The notes: generated by a model not told the origin, from the sequence alone. Shown: positions 10,087 to 20,566, counted from the stretch's first letter. The stretch: 61,006 bases of DNA from Candidatus Microgenomates bacterium (GCA_015486535.1 WFRK01000016.1:1-61006), one strand, 5' to 3'. Translations and numbers: made by a program.

Positions 10087-11772
10087 CTAAACATCAATGA
10101 GAGAAACTAGAATCATTGGTTCACGCTTAATGATACGGTAAAGTTTACGAGCAAGTTTTTTTTCAATCAAATGTCTAATTTCATTATGTTTCTTGGTCTC
10201 ATTTTCATTGACAATTTTAACTGCCTCTTGAATAATAAAGTCCACTACTTCCCCCGCTTCCTTCATAAAGACAAAACCACGCGAAATCACCTCGATTTTA
10301 TCCCGTAAAATTTGGCCGTTTTTCCTTGGCAAAACAACTACTACAATCCCGGCCTGACTTAAACTACGTCGATCAGACAAGACGGCTGGACCGACATCGC
10401 CTACACCCAGACCATCAACGATTTGTGGCTTAAGCGTATGCTCTGCACTGACACTAATTTTTTGGGCAAAGAAATTCAATTCTGTCCCCGCTGCCGGCAA
10501 AAGCACCTGTTTGTCCGAATAACCTAATGGTTGAGCGACCAACTCAAGAAACTTCTCTCGATGACGATCGGCACCACCAATTGGCATAACATATTTTGGT
10601 TTGACCAGTTCGAGTAACTGTTGCTGTTCAACGCGACTGGCGTGACCAGAACGATGAAGTTTAGCGTCAATAGCGGGATATAAAACATAAACTTTATTTC
10701 GCGCTAATTCATCAATGGCACCATAATAAGTGTATTCATTGCCCGGAATGACATCGGCAGAAAAAACCACCGTATCTTCTCGATTAAGTCGCACAACATT
10801 ATGCTCGCCAAAAACCGCTCGCACCAAAGAAGATCCTTCTTGACCCTGACTACCAGCAATAATGACAACCAATTGTTTATCAGGATATTGGTCGATTTTT
10901 TTCTTTGATACTGCTATCCCCTTTGGTAAAATCAATTCGCCCAATTCTTGAGCCACCCGCACGTTCTTTTCTACGCTGCGACCAATGAAAACTAACTTAC
11001 GCCGTTGTCTTTCCGCCGCATCAACAATTTGTTGAATCCGATGGATGTGTGAGCTCATCAGTGTCACCACCAATTTACCTTTTGTTTGAGACATAATCCG
11101 GGCTATTTCCGGCCCCACCGTTGACTCTGATGGCACCGGCTCGGCTTTTTCCACCCGCAAACAATCCATCAACATGAGATCGATTTTACCTTCAAGCTGG
11201 CTAATACCCTTGAGATCGGTCGGCTTCGCATCAATTGGTGTAGGATCGAGCTTAAAATCAGTCCCATGATAAAAAGTGCCCACAGGCGTCGTGAGTAAAT
11301 AGTGCATCGTGTCCGGAATTGAGTGTGTCACTCGAAAGGCTTCTGCCTTGAAATAATGAGACTGACCTAAAGAAAATGGTTCACGTTCATGAATGACTTT
11401 AAAATCAGCTTTTAACTTAAATTCTCTTAATTTCTCGGCTGCAAAACCAATCGTTAGAGGTGAACCATAAATTGGGAATGAAGGCAAATGGGGCAAAATG
11501 TAACCTAAGGCGCCAATATGATCATCGTGGCCGTGGGTTAAAATCATTGCCACAATCTTTTTGCCTGCTTTTAACTTATCCAGCAATGGTTTAATATCAG
11601 GAATTAAAACATCGACACCGGGCATATAAGAATCAGGAAAACCGATACCCATATCGATAATTAAAATTTCATTGCCAATTTCATAAAGAAACATATTCTG
11701 CGTTACCTTGCCCATTCCTCCGAGAGGTAACAGTTTTAAGGCCAATTTTTCTGTTTTAGCTAATTGATTCAT
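10087..11772 (-). CDS. rnj: ribonuclease J
   Basis: Metallo-beta-lactamase motif LTHGHDDHIG, a beta-CASP region and an RNase J C-terminal domain. The length of about 560 aa fits. Confidence 0.9.
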   Translation of the reverse strand: MNQLAKTEKLALKLLPLGGMGKVTQNMFLYEIGNEILIIDMGIGFPDSYMPGVDVLIPDIKPLLDKLKAGKKIVAMILTHGHDDHIGALGYILPHLPSFPIYGSPLTIGFAAEKLREFKLKADFKVIHEREPFSLGQSHYFKAEAFRVTHSIPDTMHYLLTTPVGTFYHGTDFKLDPTPIDAKPTDLKGISQLEGKIDLMLMDCLRVEKAEPVPSESTVGPEIARIMSQTKGKLVVTLMSSHIHRIQQIVDAAERQRRKLVFIGRSVEKNVRVAQELGELILPKGIAVSKKKIDQYPDKQLVVIIAGSQGQEGSSLVRAVFGEHNVVRLNREDTVVFSADVIPGNEYTYYGAIDELARNKVYVLYPAIDAKLHRSGHASRVEQQQLLELVKPKYVMPIGGADRHREKFLELVAQPLGYSDKQVLLPAAGTELNFFAQKISVSAEHTLKPQIVDGLGVGDVGPAVLSDRRSLSQAGIVVVVLPRKNGQILRDKIEVISRGFVFMKEAGEVVDFIIQEAVKIVNENETKKHNEIRHLIEKKLARKLYRIIKREPMILVSLIDV

Positions 11773-11867
11773 AAATCCTTTCTGATAAAGATAAAAACTT
11801 TCTCTAATTTTTTATAATCTAGTGCTATATTCTACTTTTCTTTTCTTGTGGCTAATTATCTTTATCA

Positions 11868-12671
11868 TCATTTTTTCTTCAAAACACTTATATTGTTACC
11901 CCAGTCAGAATGAACAAGACGACCTAAGATAAGATCCAATTTTGACCTCGCTTTACTTGATTTATAACTAAATAAACCAATCGCCACCATACCAACAAAA
12001 AATGATAGAACTAACCAATAAACGATATAACTTGCTTTGAAACCAGGATTCAATAAAAAATAACTAAATGTTAAAATAAGAAAATTTCCCCCCATAACTA
12101 ATTTCATCAGTCGCATATAATTTACTCTCACTTGCTGTTTTGGATCAGCGATCATAATCATAATAAAACCTAAAATTCCCAAGAAAAAACTAATTAGGAG
12201 ACTAAACCAAAAAATGCTACGAGTAAGTTGGAATGGCCCCGGCATAAATAGATTGACTAAAGCTAAGATACTTAATAAAGTCAAACCACCAACACCCATA
12301 ACCAAATGACTTAACCAAAGATGAATATACTCGGAGTGAGAAAATAAATTATAAAGAGGATCGACACTTTTAAGTCGAAATGTCGTGGTCAAAGAATGCA
12401 TCACCACAAAGGCATAGATATAGAGCATAATCAAACTAAAGAGAGTGTCGGCAATAAAAAAAACTTCAGGATGAGTGATGCCACCGCTTTGCATCAAAGA
12501 AAAAATCAGAATTTTAAACCAAACAAATAGGAGCGGCGCCAAAATAAAAGTATAAAAAAACTGAACCAAATCCAAATGGAGTAGATCCTTTTTTCCTTGA
12601 AATTTGTAGACAAAAACAGCGGAAGTAAGAGTGATGACTGGTAGTAAGACTAAGAACAAAATAAATTTCAT
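11868..12671 (-). CDS. polytopic membrane protein, function unknown
   Basis: About 8 hydrophobic segments. No recognisable motif. Confidence 0.5.
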   Translation of the reverse strand: MKFILFLVLLPVITLTSAVFVYKFQGKKDLLHLDLVQFFYTFILAPLLFVWFKILIFSLMQSGGITHPEVFFIADTLFSLIMLYIYAFVVMHSLTTTFRLKSVDPLYNLFSHSEYIHLWLSHLVMGVGGLTLLSILALVNLFMPGPFQLTRSIFWFSLLISFFLGILGFIMIMIADPKQQVRVNYMRLMKLVMGGNFLILTFSYFLLNPGFKASYIVYWLVLSFFVGMVAIGLFSYKSSKARSKLDLILGRLVHSDWGNNISVLKKK

Positions 12672-12704
12672 CTGGTTGATTATAGCTCATTCAAGAACAG
12701 AAAA

Positions 12705-13364
12705 CTAAAACAAATTTTCCACTACTTGATTCTTTTTCTTCAAAAGATCTCTCTGTTGCTTCGCCCAAACAACCGCTTTGCTGATTTTTTCAAAATCGCG
12801 CACAAAAGAAGTTTTCACATTCGTAGAACGCAGTGCGGCCGCCGGATGATACATCGGCAACACAAATAAATTTTGTCCTTGCCACTCAACTTGATGAAGC
12901 CGGCCGTGCACTTGAGAAATTTTTACATCAGGTAAAAATTTCGCCATACTAAAGCGACCTAGGGTCACCACCAAGCTCGGGTTAATGCTCAAAATTTCTT
13001 CGTCCAAAAATGGTTTAAAAGCTAAAATTTCTTCCGCTAATGGATCGCGATTATCCGGCGGCCGCACCTTGATAATATTGGAAATATAAACATCCTCCAC
13101 TCGCAAACCAACTTCTTTGATGACACGACGTAATAATTGGCCAGAACGACCAACAAAAGGACGCCTTTGTAGATGTTCATAATAACCTGGTGCTTCGCCA
13201 ATAAACATGATCTCTGCGTCTTGTCTGCCCTCACCGGGAACAATGTCGCGCGCTTGAGTGGCCAATGGTAACTCACCAGCATCAGCGAGAGCTTCCAACT
13301 GCCGCTGGATCTGAGCTAATTTAGGTTCTATTTGTCGCTGATTTGAAACATTAGTCATTGCCAT
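12705..13364 (-). CDS. uracil-DNA glycosylase, family 4
   Basis: The GEAPG motif (FIGEAPGYYE) and the C-terminal HPAAALR motif are typical of family-4 UDG. Confidence 0.85.
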   Translation of the reverse strand: MAMTNVSNQRQIEPKLAQIQRQLEALADAGELPLATQARDIVPGEGRQDAEIMFIGEAPGYYEHLQRRPFVGRSGQLLRRVIKEVGLRVEDVYISNIIKVRPPDNRDPLAEEILAFKPFLDEEILSINPSLVVTLGRFSMAKFLPDVKISQVHGRLHQVEWQGQNLFVLPMYHPAAALRSTNVKTSFVRDFEKISKAVVWAKQQRDLLKKKNQVVENLF

Positions 13365-13468
13365 AGAGTAAATTCATCTATCCAAATCTCTTGGTCAACA
13401 TGTGTAGCGAATTATGCACTGCTAATAATTTAACATGATTTTCTAAGTGTCAACCGCTAATTTACGAA

Positions 13469-14548
13469 TTAATATCTGGGCAAGAAGATATCCTTATTTT
13501 CCATCGTGATAACCACATTAGGATAACCCTTTTCAACAATAATCCGCGCCGCTTTACGCACTGCTCCCTCAAGAGTACGTTGCAATGTGCGAATACCGGC
13601 ATCGAAACCGAGTGGCCGCGTAATTGCGGGCCAAACCGGATCCTGAATAATAAGTTGGCCTGCCTTTAAACCGGCCGCTTTTAATAATTTCGGCAAAATA
13701 TATTTTTGGGCAATAACAATTTTCTCGTGATCTGTATATGAAGGCATAGAAATTTTTTCCATTCGGTCTAAAACAGCGGTTGCAATATCACGGGTATTAT
13801 TTGCTGTCGCTAAAAAGATCGCATGTGATAAATCAACCGGATAATCAATATAATTATCTCGAAAAGCATGGTTTTGCGCCGGATCAAGCAACTCAACTAA
13901 AACTCCCATAATATCCCGGTTAGCTTCCTTGGCGACACGATCAATCTCATCAAACAAAATTACGGGATTGCGCACTCCCATTTCGCAAATACCCTTAATC
14001 ACTCTTCCCGGCTCAGCATCTAAAACTAATCTCGATTCACCTCTCAATTCTCGCGCCGAACCCATCCCTCCAAAGGGGATGCGGACCAATTTTCGACCTA
14101 AAGCATCAGCCAAGGAAGCAGCAAAAGTGGTTTTACCTGTCCCGACCAAACCAACCAAAAGCAATGAGGGAGCGCGAAAGTCTGTTGCCACACCCTGGGT
14201 TTTTCTCAATTTCAGCACCGAAATATATTCTAAGAATCGATCTTTAACTTGCTGCATACCGTAATGATGTTTATTGAACACTTCAGCCGCATGTTTGACA
14301 TCCAAAACATCATCACTCTCTTTCTCCCAAGGTACCCGTGTCACCCAATCAAGCCATTTGGAAACTTTTTCATATTTTTCGTCGTAATTACCCAATTCGA
14401 CTGATCTTTCCAAGGCTAAAATCTCTTTATTAACTTTTTCTTGCATTGCCGCCGGCATTGCTACTGCTTGAGTCTTCGCCTTTAATTGATCGATTTCTGT
14501 TTGGAGTACTTGTTGAAAGTCTGGTATGTTTTTTGTCATTGATTTCAA
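13469..14548 (-). CDS. Lon-like AAA+ ATPase module lacking a protease domain
   Basis: Collinear with the Lon ATPase region: WLDWVTRVPW, HHYGMQQVKDRFLEY, Walker A GLVGTGKTT, IPFGGMGSARELRGESR, LFDEIDR, ELLDPAQNHAFRDNYIDYPVDLS. The protein ends where the Lon S16 protease domain would begin. Confidence 0.7.
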   Translation of the reverse strand: MKSMTKNIPDFQQVLQTEIDQLKAKTQAVAMPAAMQEKVNKEILALERSVELGNYDEKYEKVSKWLDWVTRVPWEKESDDVLDVKHAAEVFNKHHYGMQQVKDRFLEYISVLKLRKTQGVATDFRAPSLLLVGLVGTGKTTFAASLADALGRKLVRIPFGGMGSARELRGESRLVLDAEPGRVIKGICEMGVRNPVILFDEIDRVAKEANRDIMGVLVELLDPAQNHAFRDNYIDYPVDLSHAIFLATANNTRDIATAVLDRMEKISMPSYTDHEKIVIAQKYILPKLLKAAGLKAGQLIIQDPVWPAITRPLGFDAGIRTLQRTLEGAVRKAARIIVEKGYPNVVITMENKDIFLPRY

Positions 14549-14558
14549 TTTAACTTAT

Positions 14559-15464
14559 TTATGAATAGCGCGTCAATAAGCCCGTTTTCGCACCGAAATG
14601 TTGAATCACCGAAGTTGAGTTGGCTAGTGCCTCTTGAACAGCCAAATCGATTGACTGGTGTTTCATATAGCTCGCGACAAAACCAACTGCAAAGGCATCA
14701 CCCGCGCCGGTATCATCAACTGACTTCACCTTTGTTGGTTGAAAAGTATAGGCCTGTTTTTGAGTGATGATACCACCGATTTGACTGCCGTTTGTGATAA
14801 TCACGATCGGAGTCTGACGCAAGATTAGAGTCGCCATTGCTCCCAAAGAAAGCCACTCTTCTCGATTAACAACAAAAATTTCAACCGGCCAATTGATAAA
14901 GCTAATTTGCGATTGGCGCAATAAACTTAACTCTCTTGTTCCCGGGTTCCAACTCATTCTTTTAATTTTAGATCTGAGTCGAAAAATTTTTTCCAAGGCA
15001 GCCAAACGACCATCAATGGTTGATAAATGAACCCAATCAGCTCGTTCAACTGGTCCAGCGGCGATATCTTTCGCATCTAACATGCTCGAGGCCCCCCGAT
15101 TAACCATGGCGGTGCGACCACCACGATCATCGACCAAAATCACCGAGCCCCCGGTATGCTCCATTTTTTCTTTAATCAACAAATTCGTCGCCACTCGCTC
15201 TCGATGAAATTCGTCAATAACAACTTGAGCAAAAATATCCTGGCCTAACTCAGAAATAATACCCACACGAAAACCATGACGAGCAAAACCAACGGCGGTA
15301 TTACTCCCTCCACCACCAGTATGGAGATTAAAACCATCCACTTCGAGTTTCTCGCCATATCTTTGACAGAGTAAGACACCCTTCTGGGCCTGTTCGACTG
15401 AAAATAAACTCGAATGGATAAAAATATCAACTAAGCTGGAACCAACAGAAATAACTTCATACAT
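14559..15464 (-). CDS. PfkB-family carbohydrate kinase
   Basis: GGGGSNTA near the N-terminus and the C-terminal DTGAGDAF signature. Confidence 0.8.
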   Translation of the reverse strand: MYEVISVGSSLVDIFIHSSLFSVEQAQKGVLLCQRYGEKLEVDGFNLHTGGGGSNTAVGFARHGFRVGIISELGQDIFAQVVIDEFHRERVATNLLIKEKMEHTGGSVILVDDRGGRTAMVNRGASSMLDAKDIAAGPVERADWVHLSTIDGRLAALEKIFRLRSKIKRMSWNPGTRELSLLRQSQISFINWPVEIFVVNREEWLSLGAMATLILRQTPIVIITNGSQIGGIITQKQAYTFQPTKVKSVDDTGAGDAFAVGFVASYMKHQSIDLAVQEALANSTSVIQHFGAKTGLLTRYS

Positions 15465-15527
15465 AGGGCAGGATAATTAGCTGATACTTCATTCAGTATA
15501 GCATATTTTTGATCTAGTGATCTAGTC

Positions 15528-16181
15528 TCAATGACGTCGTGCCACTTCAGTTTCTAACCGTTGTAAGGTTGGCATTAATTCTTCCAGTTGGGTAACGATC
15601 GTGTAGACTCGATGCTCCAGTTGACCAATAAGAAAATGTTTGTCCAAAACAGCAATGACTTCATGCCAAAAAGAACCATAAAGGATCAATGGTTGATGAT
15701 GACCTAAACGTAGATAAGCCAACAACCAAGTTGTGGCCCATTCGCTTAAAGTACCCGTACCACCTTTAAAAATGATGAACAAATCAGCCAAATGAATCAA
15801 ACCACCCATACGATTCATATAGTTGTCCATTTCGAGCCTAATATCAGCCTGATTCTCTGGAGTTTCTTCCGAGTATTGTGGCATATCATTCGGTCTGAAT
15901 GAAATAGCAATTGTTTGACCTTTCACTGATTGCGCCCCCTTAGTCGCTGCCAACATCACACCCGTACCTCCGCCATTAATGATAACTTTTTTTTGTTGGG
16001 CGATGAGACGGGCCGCTTGATAAGCTTCTCGGAAAACCGGCTCATTTTCTTCGATATCAGCGCCACCAAAAAAAGCGACCCGTTGAATCTTGGCGGGATT
16101 ACGCTGATCAATTAATTGCTGCAAAATATGTTGAGATTGGGGATAAAAAAATTGCTGCTGCGTCATGCTTACTCTTTCCAA
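15528..16181 (-). CDS. LOG-family (TIGR00730) Rossmann-fold nucleotide-binding protein
   Basis: GGGTGVMLA and FKGGTGTLSEW match the LOG family GGGxGxM and PGGxGTxxE motifs. Confidence 0.8.
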   Translation of the reverse strand: MERVSMTQQQFFYPQSQHILQQLIDQRNPAKIQRVAFFGGADIEENEPVFREAYQAARLIAQQKKVIINGGGTGVMLAATKGAQSVKGQTIAISFRPNDMPQYSEETPENQADIRLEMDNYMNRMGGLIHLADLFIIFKGGTGTLSEWATTWLLAYLRLGHHQPLILYGSFWHEVIAVLDKHFLIGQLEHRVYTIVTQLEELMPTLQRLETEVARRH

Positions 16182-16231
16182 ATATTTAATACTAACATTT
16201 AATACTAAAAGTCAAATAAAAAACACTGAGT

Positions 16232-16891
16232 TCATTTCACTTGTTTGAGTTTTTTTACCATCTTCTGCGGATTGATTGCTTGCCAAATGGCGCTACCAAC
16301 AACTACCGCATCAACGCCAGCTGTTTTTAAAGTCGGTAAGTGTGACTGCTTTACTCCTCCATCAACGATAATGGCAAAATTAGCGCGACGTTTGTTTCTC
16401 AAATCAACTGCTCTTTTAATTAAATCTTCCACCTGGGTATGAAAAGTTTGACCTTGAAATCCAGCCCTAACCGCCATAATTTGCAATACATCTATAAATT
16501 CAAAATTATGTTGATCAATCGCATCTAAAGGCGTAAATAAATTGAGGGATAGACCAGCCAGAAAACGATGCTTTTTGATCTCAGTTAAAAAATCCTTCTG
16601 ATGCGTCATCCTCTCCACTTGACCAATGATGGCACGTACCGGCAACTGTTTTTGAAAATCAAGAATTTCATAGACATAATCCATCGGTTCCTCTGTCATC
16701 AAATGAAAATCGATTTGAAGCTGACCAAAATTGAGATTAGCATAATCAGCCGGAGTGAGAGTAATATTGTCAGCGTAATAACCATCAATGATATCTAGTT
16801 GAACACCACTGACATGAAATGATTGCGCTAAATCAAGTTGTATTTGTGCTTTTTGTTGACTGTCTGTCAGAATTGCCGGATAAATAGTCAT
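16232..16891 (-). CDS. ribulose-phosphate 3-epimerase-like TIM-barrel protein
   Basis: The pattern LDIIDG, DFHLM, VDGGV, VVVGSAIW matches Rpe. The gene is adjacent to rpiB. Confidence 0.6.
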   Translation of the reverse strand: MTIYPAILTDSQQKAQIQLDLAQSFHVSGVQLDIIDGYYADNITLTPADYANLNFGQLQIDFHLMTEEPMDYVYEILDFQKQLPVRAIIGQVERMTHQKDFLTEIKKHRFLAGLSLNLFTPLDAIDQHNFEFIDVLQIMAVRAGFQGQTFHTQVEDLIKRAVDLRNKRRANFAIIVDGGVKQSHLPTLKTAGVDAVVVGSAIWQAINPQKMVKKLKQVK

Positions 16892-16928
16892 TTTTTATCT
16901 ATTCTGCTATTTGATACAAGTTTGATGA

Positions 16929-17378
16929 TTAGGCGTGAGAGTGATAATGAGCAATCTTCTCCAAGCGACGTAAAAATCTCTCCTTAGTCTGTGGCTGACT
17001 TTGGAGGAAGGTTTTAATCATTTGCTTGGCCAAATCAAAGTTAACATAATCGGCACCAATCGCCAAGATATTGATGTTATCAGCCTCTCGACCGTGTTCA
17101 ATTTGTGCTAAATTACAGCCAGAAATAGCTCTGATACCTCTCACTTTATTAGCAGCAATCGTCACACCAACGCCGGAACCGCAAATGACCAAGCCGAGAG
17201 CATCCTGTTGTTGAGCGACGTTTTCAGCCACATCAAAAGCAAAATCTGGATAATCGTCTTTGGAATTAAACTCAAAAGCACCACAATCGCTGATCTCTTT
17301 TCCCATTTGCTTCAACCAGCTTAATAGTTGTTGTTTCAAACTAAAACCACGATGATCGGCACCGATAAAAAGTTTCAT
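16929..17378 (-). CDS. rpiB: ribose-5-phosphate isomerase B
   Basis: MKLFIGADHRGF, ICGSGVGVTIAANK. Typical RpiB/LacAB size of 149 aa. Confidence 0.9.
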   Translation of the reverse strand: MKLFIGADHRGFSLKQQLLSWLKQMGKEISDCGAFEFNSKDDYPDFAFDVAENVAQQQDALGLVICGSGVGVTIAANKVRGIRAISGCNLAQIEHGREADNINILAIGADYVNFDLAKQMIKTFLQSQPQTKERFLRRLEKIAHYHSHA

Positions 17379-17710
17379 AATAAAAATTCCAACTTAGTTC
17401 TTGCCTCTTGACTCATCATAGCAGTTGTCCATGGAGGATCAAAGACGAGATTAATTTTAATCTGATCTGTTTTGATAGTCACCGGGTCTATGTCGCTAAT
17501 TGATTGGATGATCATGGCATGAATCACTCCAGCTAAAGGACAGCCAACGGTCGTCAGAGTCATTTCAATAGAAATTTGCCAAGAATGATCTTTCTTTGTC
17601 ACACTTACTTGATAAATTAAACCCATGCTCACAATATCGATGCCTAGTTCCGGGTCGATAATCGTGCCTAACTGATGCCAAACTTTCTTTTCTAATTCTT
17701 TTTCAGTCAT
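17375..17710 (-). CDS. DUF59/SufT-like Fe-S assembly protein
   Basis: IIDPELGIDIVSMGLIY and the conserved Cys in TTVGCP are MIP18/DUF59 hallmarks. A 4-nt overlap joins it to rpiB. Confidence 0.75.
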   Translation of the reverse strand: MTEKELEKKVWHQLGTIIDPELGIDIVSMGLIYQVSVTKKDHSWQISIEMTLTTVGCPLAGVIHAMIIQSISDIDPVTIKTDQIKINLVFDPPWTTAMMSQEARTKLEFLL

Positions 17711-17780
17711 AAATATATTTGCCTATTATTGATGCACAGAATAAACAGCATATTGAGTATTATTATATAGGCAAAATAGT

Positions 17781-17815
17781 AAACAAAAACCCCCTTGCTG
17801 AAAGCGAGGGGGTTT
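17781..17815 (-). terminator. rho-independent terminator after the 66-aa ORF
   Basis: The minus strand reads AAACCCCCT-CGCTTTCAGCA-AGGGGGTTT followed by TTGTTT. The stem is GC-rich and the hairpin lies 24 nt after the stop. Confidence 0.7.
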
Positions 17816-17838
17816 AGAAACAAGTTCTTAATCAGATC

Positions 17839-18039
17839 TTATTTCGCTTTTTTTAACACTGGCATACCAGTGCGTTTTGTCTCCATTACTTCATAACCTG
17901 CTGGTACTGCATCCAAAGCACCATCACGTTCATCACGAGCAAAGAAGTAAATGCGTTGTTGACGGCCATTTTTTAATTTTACATCTTTGTAATGTAAAAT
18001 ATAGGTTTGACCTTTAGCATTAGTATAGGTAAATGCCAT
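17839..18039 (-). CDS. small conserved-looking basic protein, function unknown
   Basis: A 66-aa ORF with its own terminator. No motif recognised. Confidence 0.45.
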   Translation of the reverse strand: MAFTYTNAKGQTYILHYKDVKLKNGRQQRIYFFARDERDGALDAVPAGYEVMETKRTGMPVLKKAK

Positions 18040-18144
18040 ATCAGCCTTTCTTTGTTTCCGACCTCGCCGGAATCAATATTTTATACTTACTGTGCTTATA
18101 GTTATACCATACTAGAGTAACACTTCAAGTACCAGAGATAAAGC

Positions 18145-18654
18145 TTATTTCCCTCTGGAAGTATTGTCGATTACCGCTCGCAAAATGATTGAGTGCATCA
18201 CTTTAGTAGGATTTTGTTCAGTACTGATAATCATCTCCGCTGGTAAAACATCGGCGGATATCGAACCACTTTCCAGCAAGCCACCCTTATGGGCTGTTAA
18301 TTGACCAACTTTCTCGATCTTATCTGTATTTAATGGGTGTAACCAAACAAAATAAGTTTTACCCGTCTCTGGTAAGTTAGCTGTCAAACTAAACTTAAAT
18401 CGCCCCTGCTCAATCAGGTAACGAACGTCTCCAATCGCATTGTTACGTTTATTTTCTGGTCGTAGTTGAGTTTGCTGATAATCTTTCACACCCTTAAGGA
18501 GATCACTTTTCTCTTTATTGGTTAAGTTCTTGATTGAGAGAGCCTGATGAGAGATCTCTGCCGTTGGTCGACGATTAATATACCAACGATAACCTAAGAA
18601 ACCAATAATAAAAACAACGATCAGAGGTAGAATATATGGGGTATACTTTTTCAT
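18145..18654 (-). CDS. membrane-anchored exported protein, function unknown
   Basis: A single N-terminal TM segment (YILPLIVVFIIGFLGY) followed by a soluble domain. Confidence 0.5.
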   Translation of the reverse strand: MKKYTPYILPLIVVFIIGFLGYRWYINRRPTAEISHQALSIKNLTNKEKSDLLKGVKDYQQTQLRPENKRNNAIGDVRYLIEQGRFKFSLTANLPETGKTYFVWLHPLNTDKIEKVGQLTAHKGGLLESGSISADVLPAEMIISTEQNPTKVMHSIILRAVIDNTSRGK

Positions 18655-18785
18655 GAATCGTTATCACCTTTCTTAGAATATTTTTTTAGAAACAAACTGC
18701 CTTGAGCAATATTCTGGCGATTTTTTTCGCTTTGTCAATAGCTAAATATATCAAAAGTAAACTTTGAGTTTCAAAGAGATCGTTA

Positions 18786-19508
18786 CTAATATTGTTCCGT
18801 ATGGATCTGATCGGGCAAAATCTTCTTAGTCTCTAATAACACTTTGCTCAGATCATTAATCATGGCCACATTGCCACAAAGATAAAAATCTGTTTGAGGA
18901 GAAAATTGATGCGCTAAAATCAAGTCAGTGACATGACCGGTAGATAGAGGCCAGTTTGCTGTTGGTTGAGAGATGACCGGATAGAAAGCAAAATTCTTAT
19001 GGCTCTCCACCCAATCTTGGAAATCATTCTCCCAAAATAATGTTTGTTCATGTCTTAGACCCCAGTAAAGTCTTATTTCTCGCTTATCTTGATGATCAAT
19101 CAATAAATCTTCGATCATACTTCTAAAAGGAGCAATACCCGAACCAGTGGCCACAAAAACATGCGCTTCTGCCTCTGGTTGATTTATTAATTGGAAACTA
19201 CCCATCGGTCCAAGAGCATTAATCTTATCTCCAGGTTTAAGTGAACTGAAAAATTGACTACCGATGCCACCAGGAGAAAGATCAACCAATAATTTAAATC
19301 CGTGATCAAAGCTTGGTGGTGAAACGATTGAATAAGCGCGTCTTGCACCAATCTCGTTCACCTTGACAGAGATAAATTGACCAGCTCTGAATTGAAAAGT
19401 GGCAGGATTTTTTAATTCAAAATGATATTCGACAAATTTATCATTAAAATCTCTTCTTTCTTCTAGTATGGCAATCAAGGACCGAGGTTTCGCAGATGTT
19501 GTTTTCAT
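18786..19508 (-). CDS. ferredoxin-NADP reductase-type FAD/NAD(P)-binding oxidoreductase
   Basis: The RAYSIVS FAD motif, GATGSGIAPF-type NAD motif (VATGSGIAPF) and the C-terminal YLCG. Confidence 0.8.
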   Translation of the reverse strand: MKTTSAKPRSLIAILEERRDFNDKFVEYHFELKNPATFQFRAGQFISVKVNEIGARRAYSIVSPPSFDHGFKLLVDLSPGGIGSQFFSSLKPGDKINALGPMGSFQLINQPEAEAHVFVATGSGIAPFRSMIEDLLIDHQDKREIRLYWGLRHEQTLFWENDFQDWVESHKNFAFYPVISQPTANWPLSTGHVTDLILAHQFSPQTDFYLCGNVAMINDLSKVLLETKKILPDQIHTEQY

Positions 19509-19538
19509 TTATTTTAATCCAGAGTAACTACTTTATAA

Positions 19539-20129
19539 TTATGCATTATTTTTTCCTAAAGCATCTTGCCAATTTCTACCATACCACAAACCTAAGGCCA
19601 TTTTGACAATGGCACTATATTCCTCCGTGCGAGTGACAAAATTTTTGGTGACAATACCAATCCCACCTTGTTTCCGTCTAATATCGTCATGAAACATTTT
19701 GGCAAATATCGGTCCCATTTCACCTCCGGCCAAAATGGGCTGAGCAATGATTTTGTCTAATTTAAAACGGGCACCACTAGCTTCAAATAGGCGACCATCT
19801 ATATGAGCGTCGATGACGCAAACCCAAACGGTCGTCCATAACTCTTTTTTCGCTAATTTAACTACACCTCCCTCAAGGCCAACAGCCAAAATTGTTTGAG
19901 ATGAAGAGGATTTGGCTTGACGATTAGTTAATTGATTTAGGCCAAGCTTAAGCGCTTGACGCGCCCGATTCTGGGCTCCGAGTCGAGTTTCTTCATCACT
20001 CATCGGTTGCTCTTTGACGCCACTGGAAACCTTCAAACCTCTGATGTTTACCTTTGCGTGGTGTGACTGCGCAGCCTGTTTGACCGCATTAATTTTCACC
20101 GGATTATCGGAACCAACAAAAATAATCAT
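19539..20129 (-). CDS. inosine/xanthosine triphosphatase-like NTPase (DUF84, YjjX family)
   Basis: The N-terminal VGSDNPVKINAV motif and the overall size match DUF84. Confidence 0.65.
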   Translation of the reverse strand: MIIFVGSDNPVKINAVKQAAQSHHAKVNIRGLKVSSGVKEQPMSDEETRLGAQNRARQALKLGLNQLTNRQAKSSSSQTILAVGLEGGVVKLAKKELWTTVWVCVIDAHIDGRLFEASGARFKLDKIIAQPILAGGEMGPIFAKMFHDDIRRKQGGIGIVTKNFVTRTEEYSAIVKMALGLWYGRNWQDALGKNNA

Positions 20130-20134
20130 ATGAG

Positions 20135-20566
20135 TTAGTTTGAATTAATTATAGTCATTTTTTGAAGTGCATCCTGAAAAATTTGCCAACCAATATTAGC
20201 ACATTTGAATCGGCTGGGCGTAATTTTTTCTAAGCCGAGTGGTCGCAAGATATCGACCAGATCCAATTGCTTTAGTGTTGTTAAAGGTACACCGACCAAA
20301 CGCGAACTGATTTCTTCGATTACCGCCCGACTGATCGTGCAACCTTTACCTTCCCATTTAACCACTTGAATTAGTTTGCTGTTATTTGGATTAAGTTTCA
20401 ACCTAAGCGTAAACTCATCGTTAGCTAAGATATCTTTTTTTTTCACCACAATATCAGCTTGAGTCAACTCGCCTTTGTATTTTGGCTTTTTGACTTTTTC
20501 TTTAATGATTTCTTGATAAAAAAACGAATCATTCATGCTAGTCTTAATCATAACATAGTCTTGCAT
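20135..20566 (-). CDS. sufU: SufU/IscU-like Fe-S scaffold
   Basis: WEGKGCTISRAV resembles the SufU Cys-containing motif. A second Cys lies near the C-terminus. The gene is adjacent to suf genes. Confidence 0.7.
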   Translation of the reverse strand: MQDYVMIKTSMNDSFFYQEIIKEKVKKPKYKGELTQADIVVKKKDILANDEFTLRLKLNPNNSKLIQVVKWEGKGCTISRAVIEEISSRLVGVPLTTLKQLDLVDILRPLGLEKITPSRFKCANIGWQIFQDALQKMTIINSN

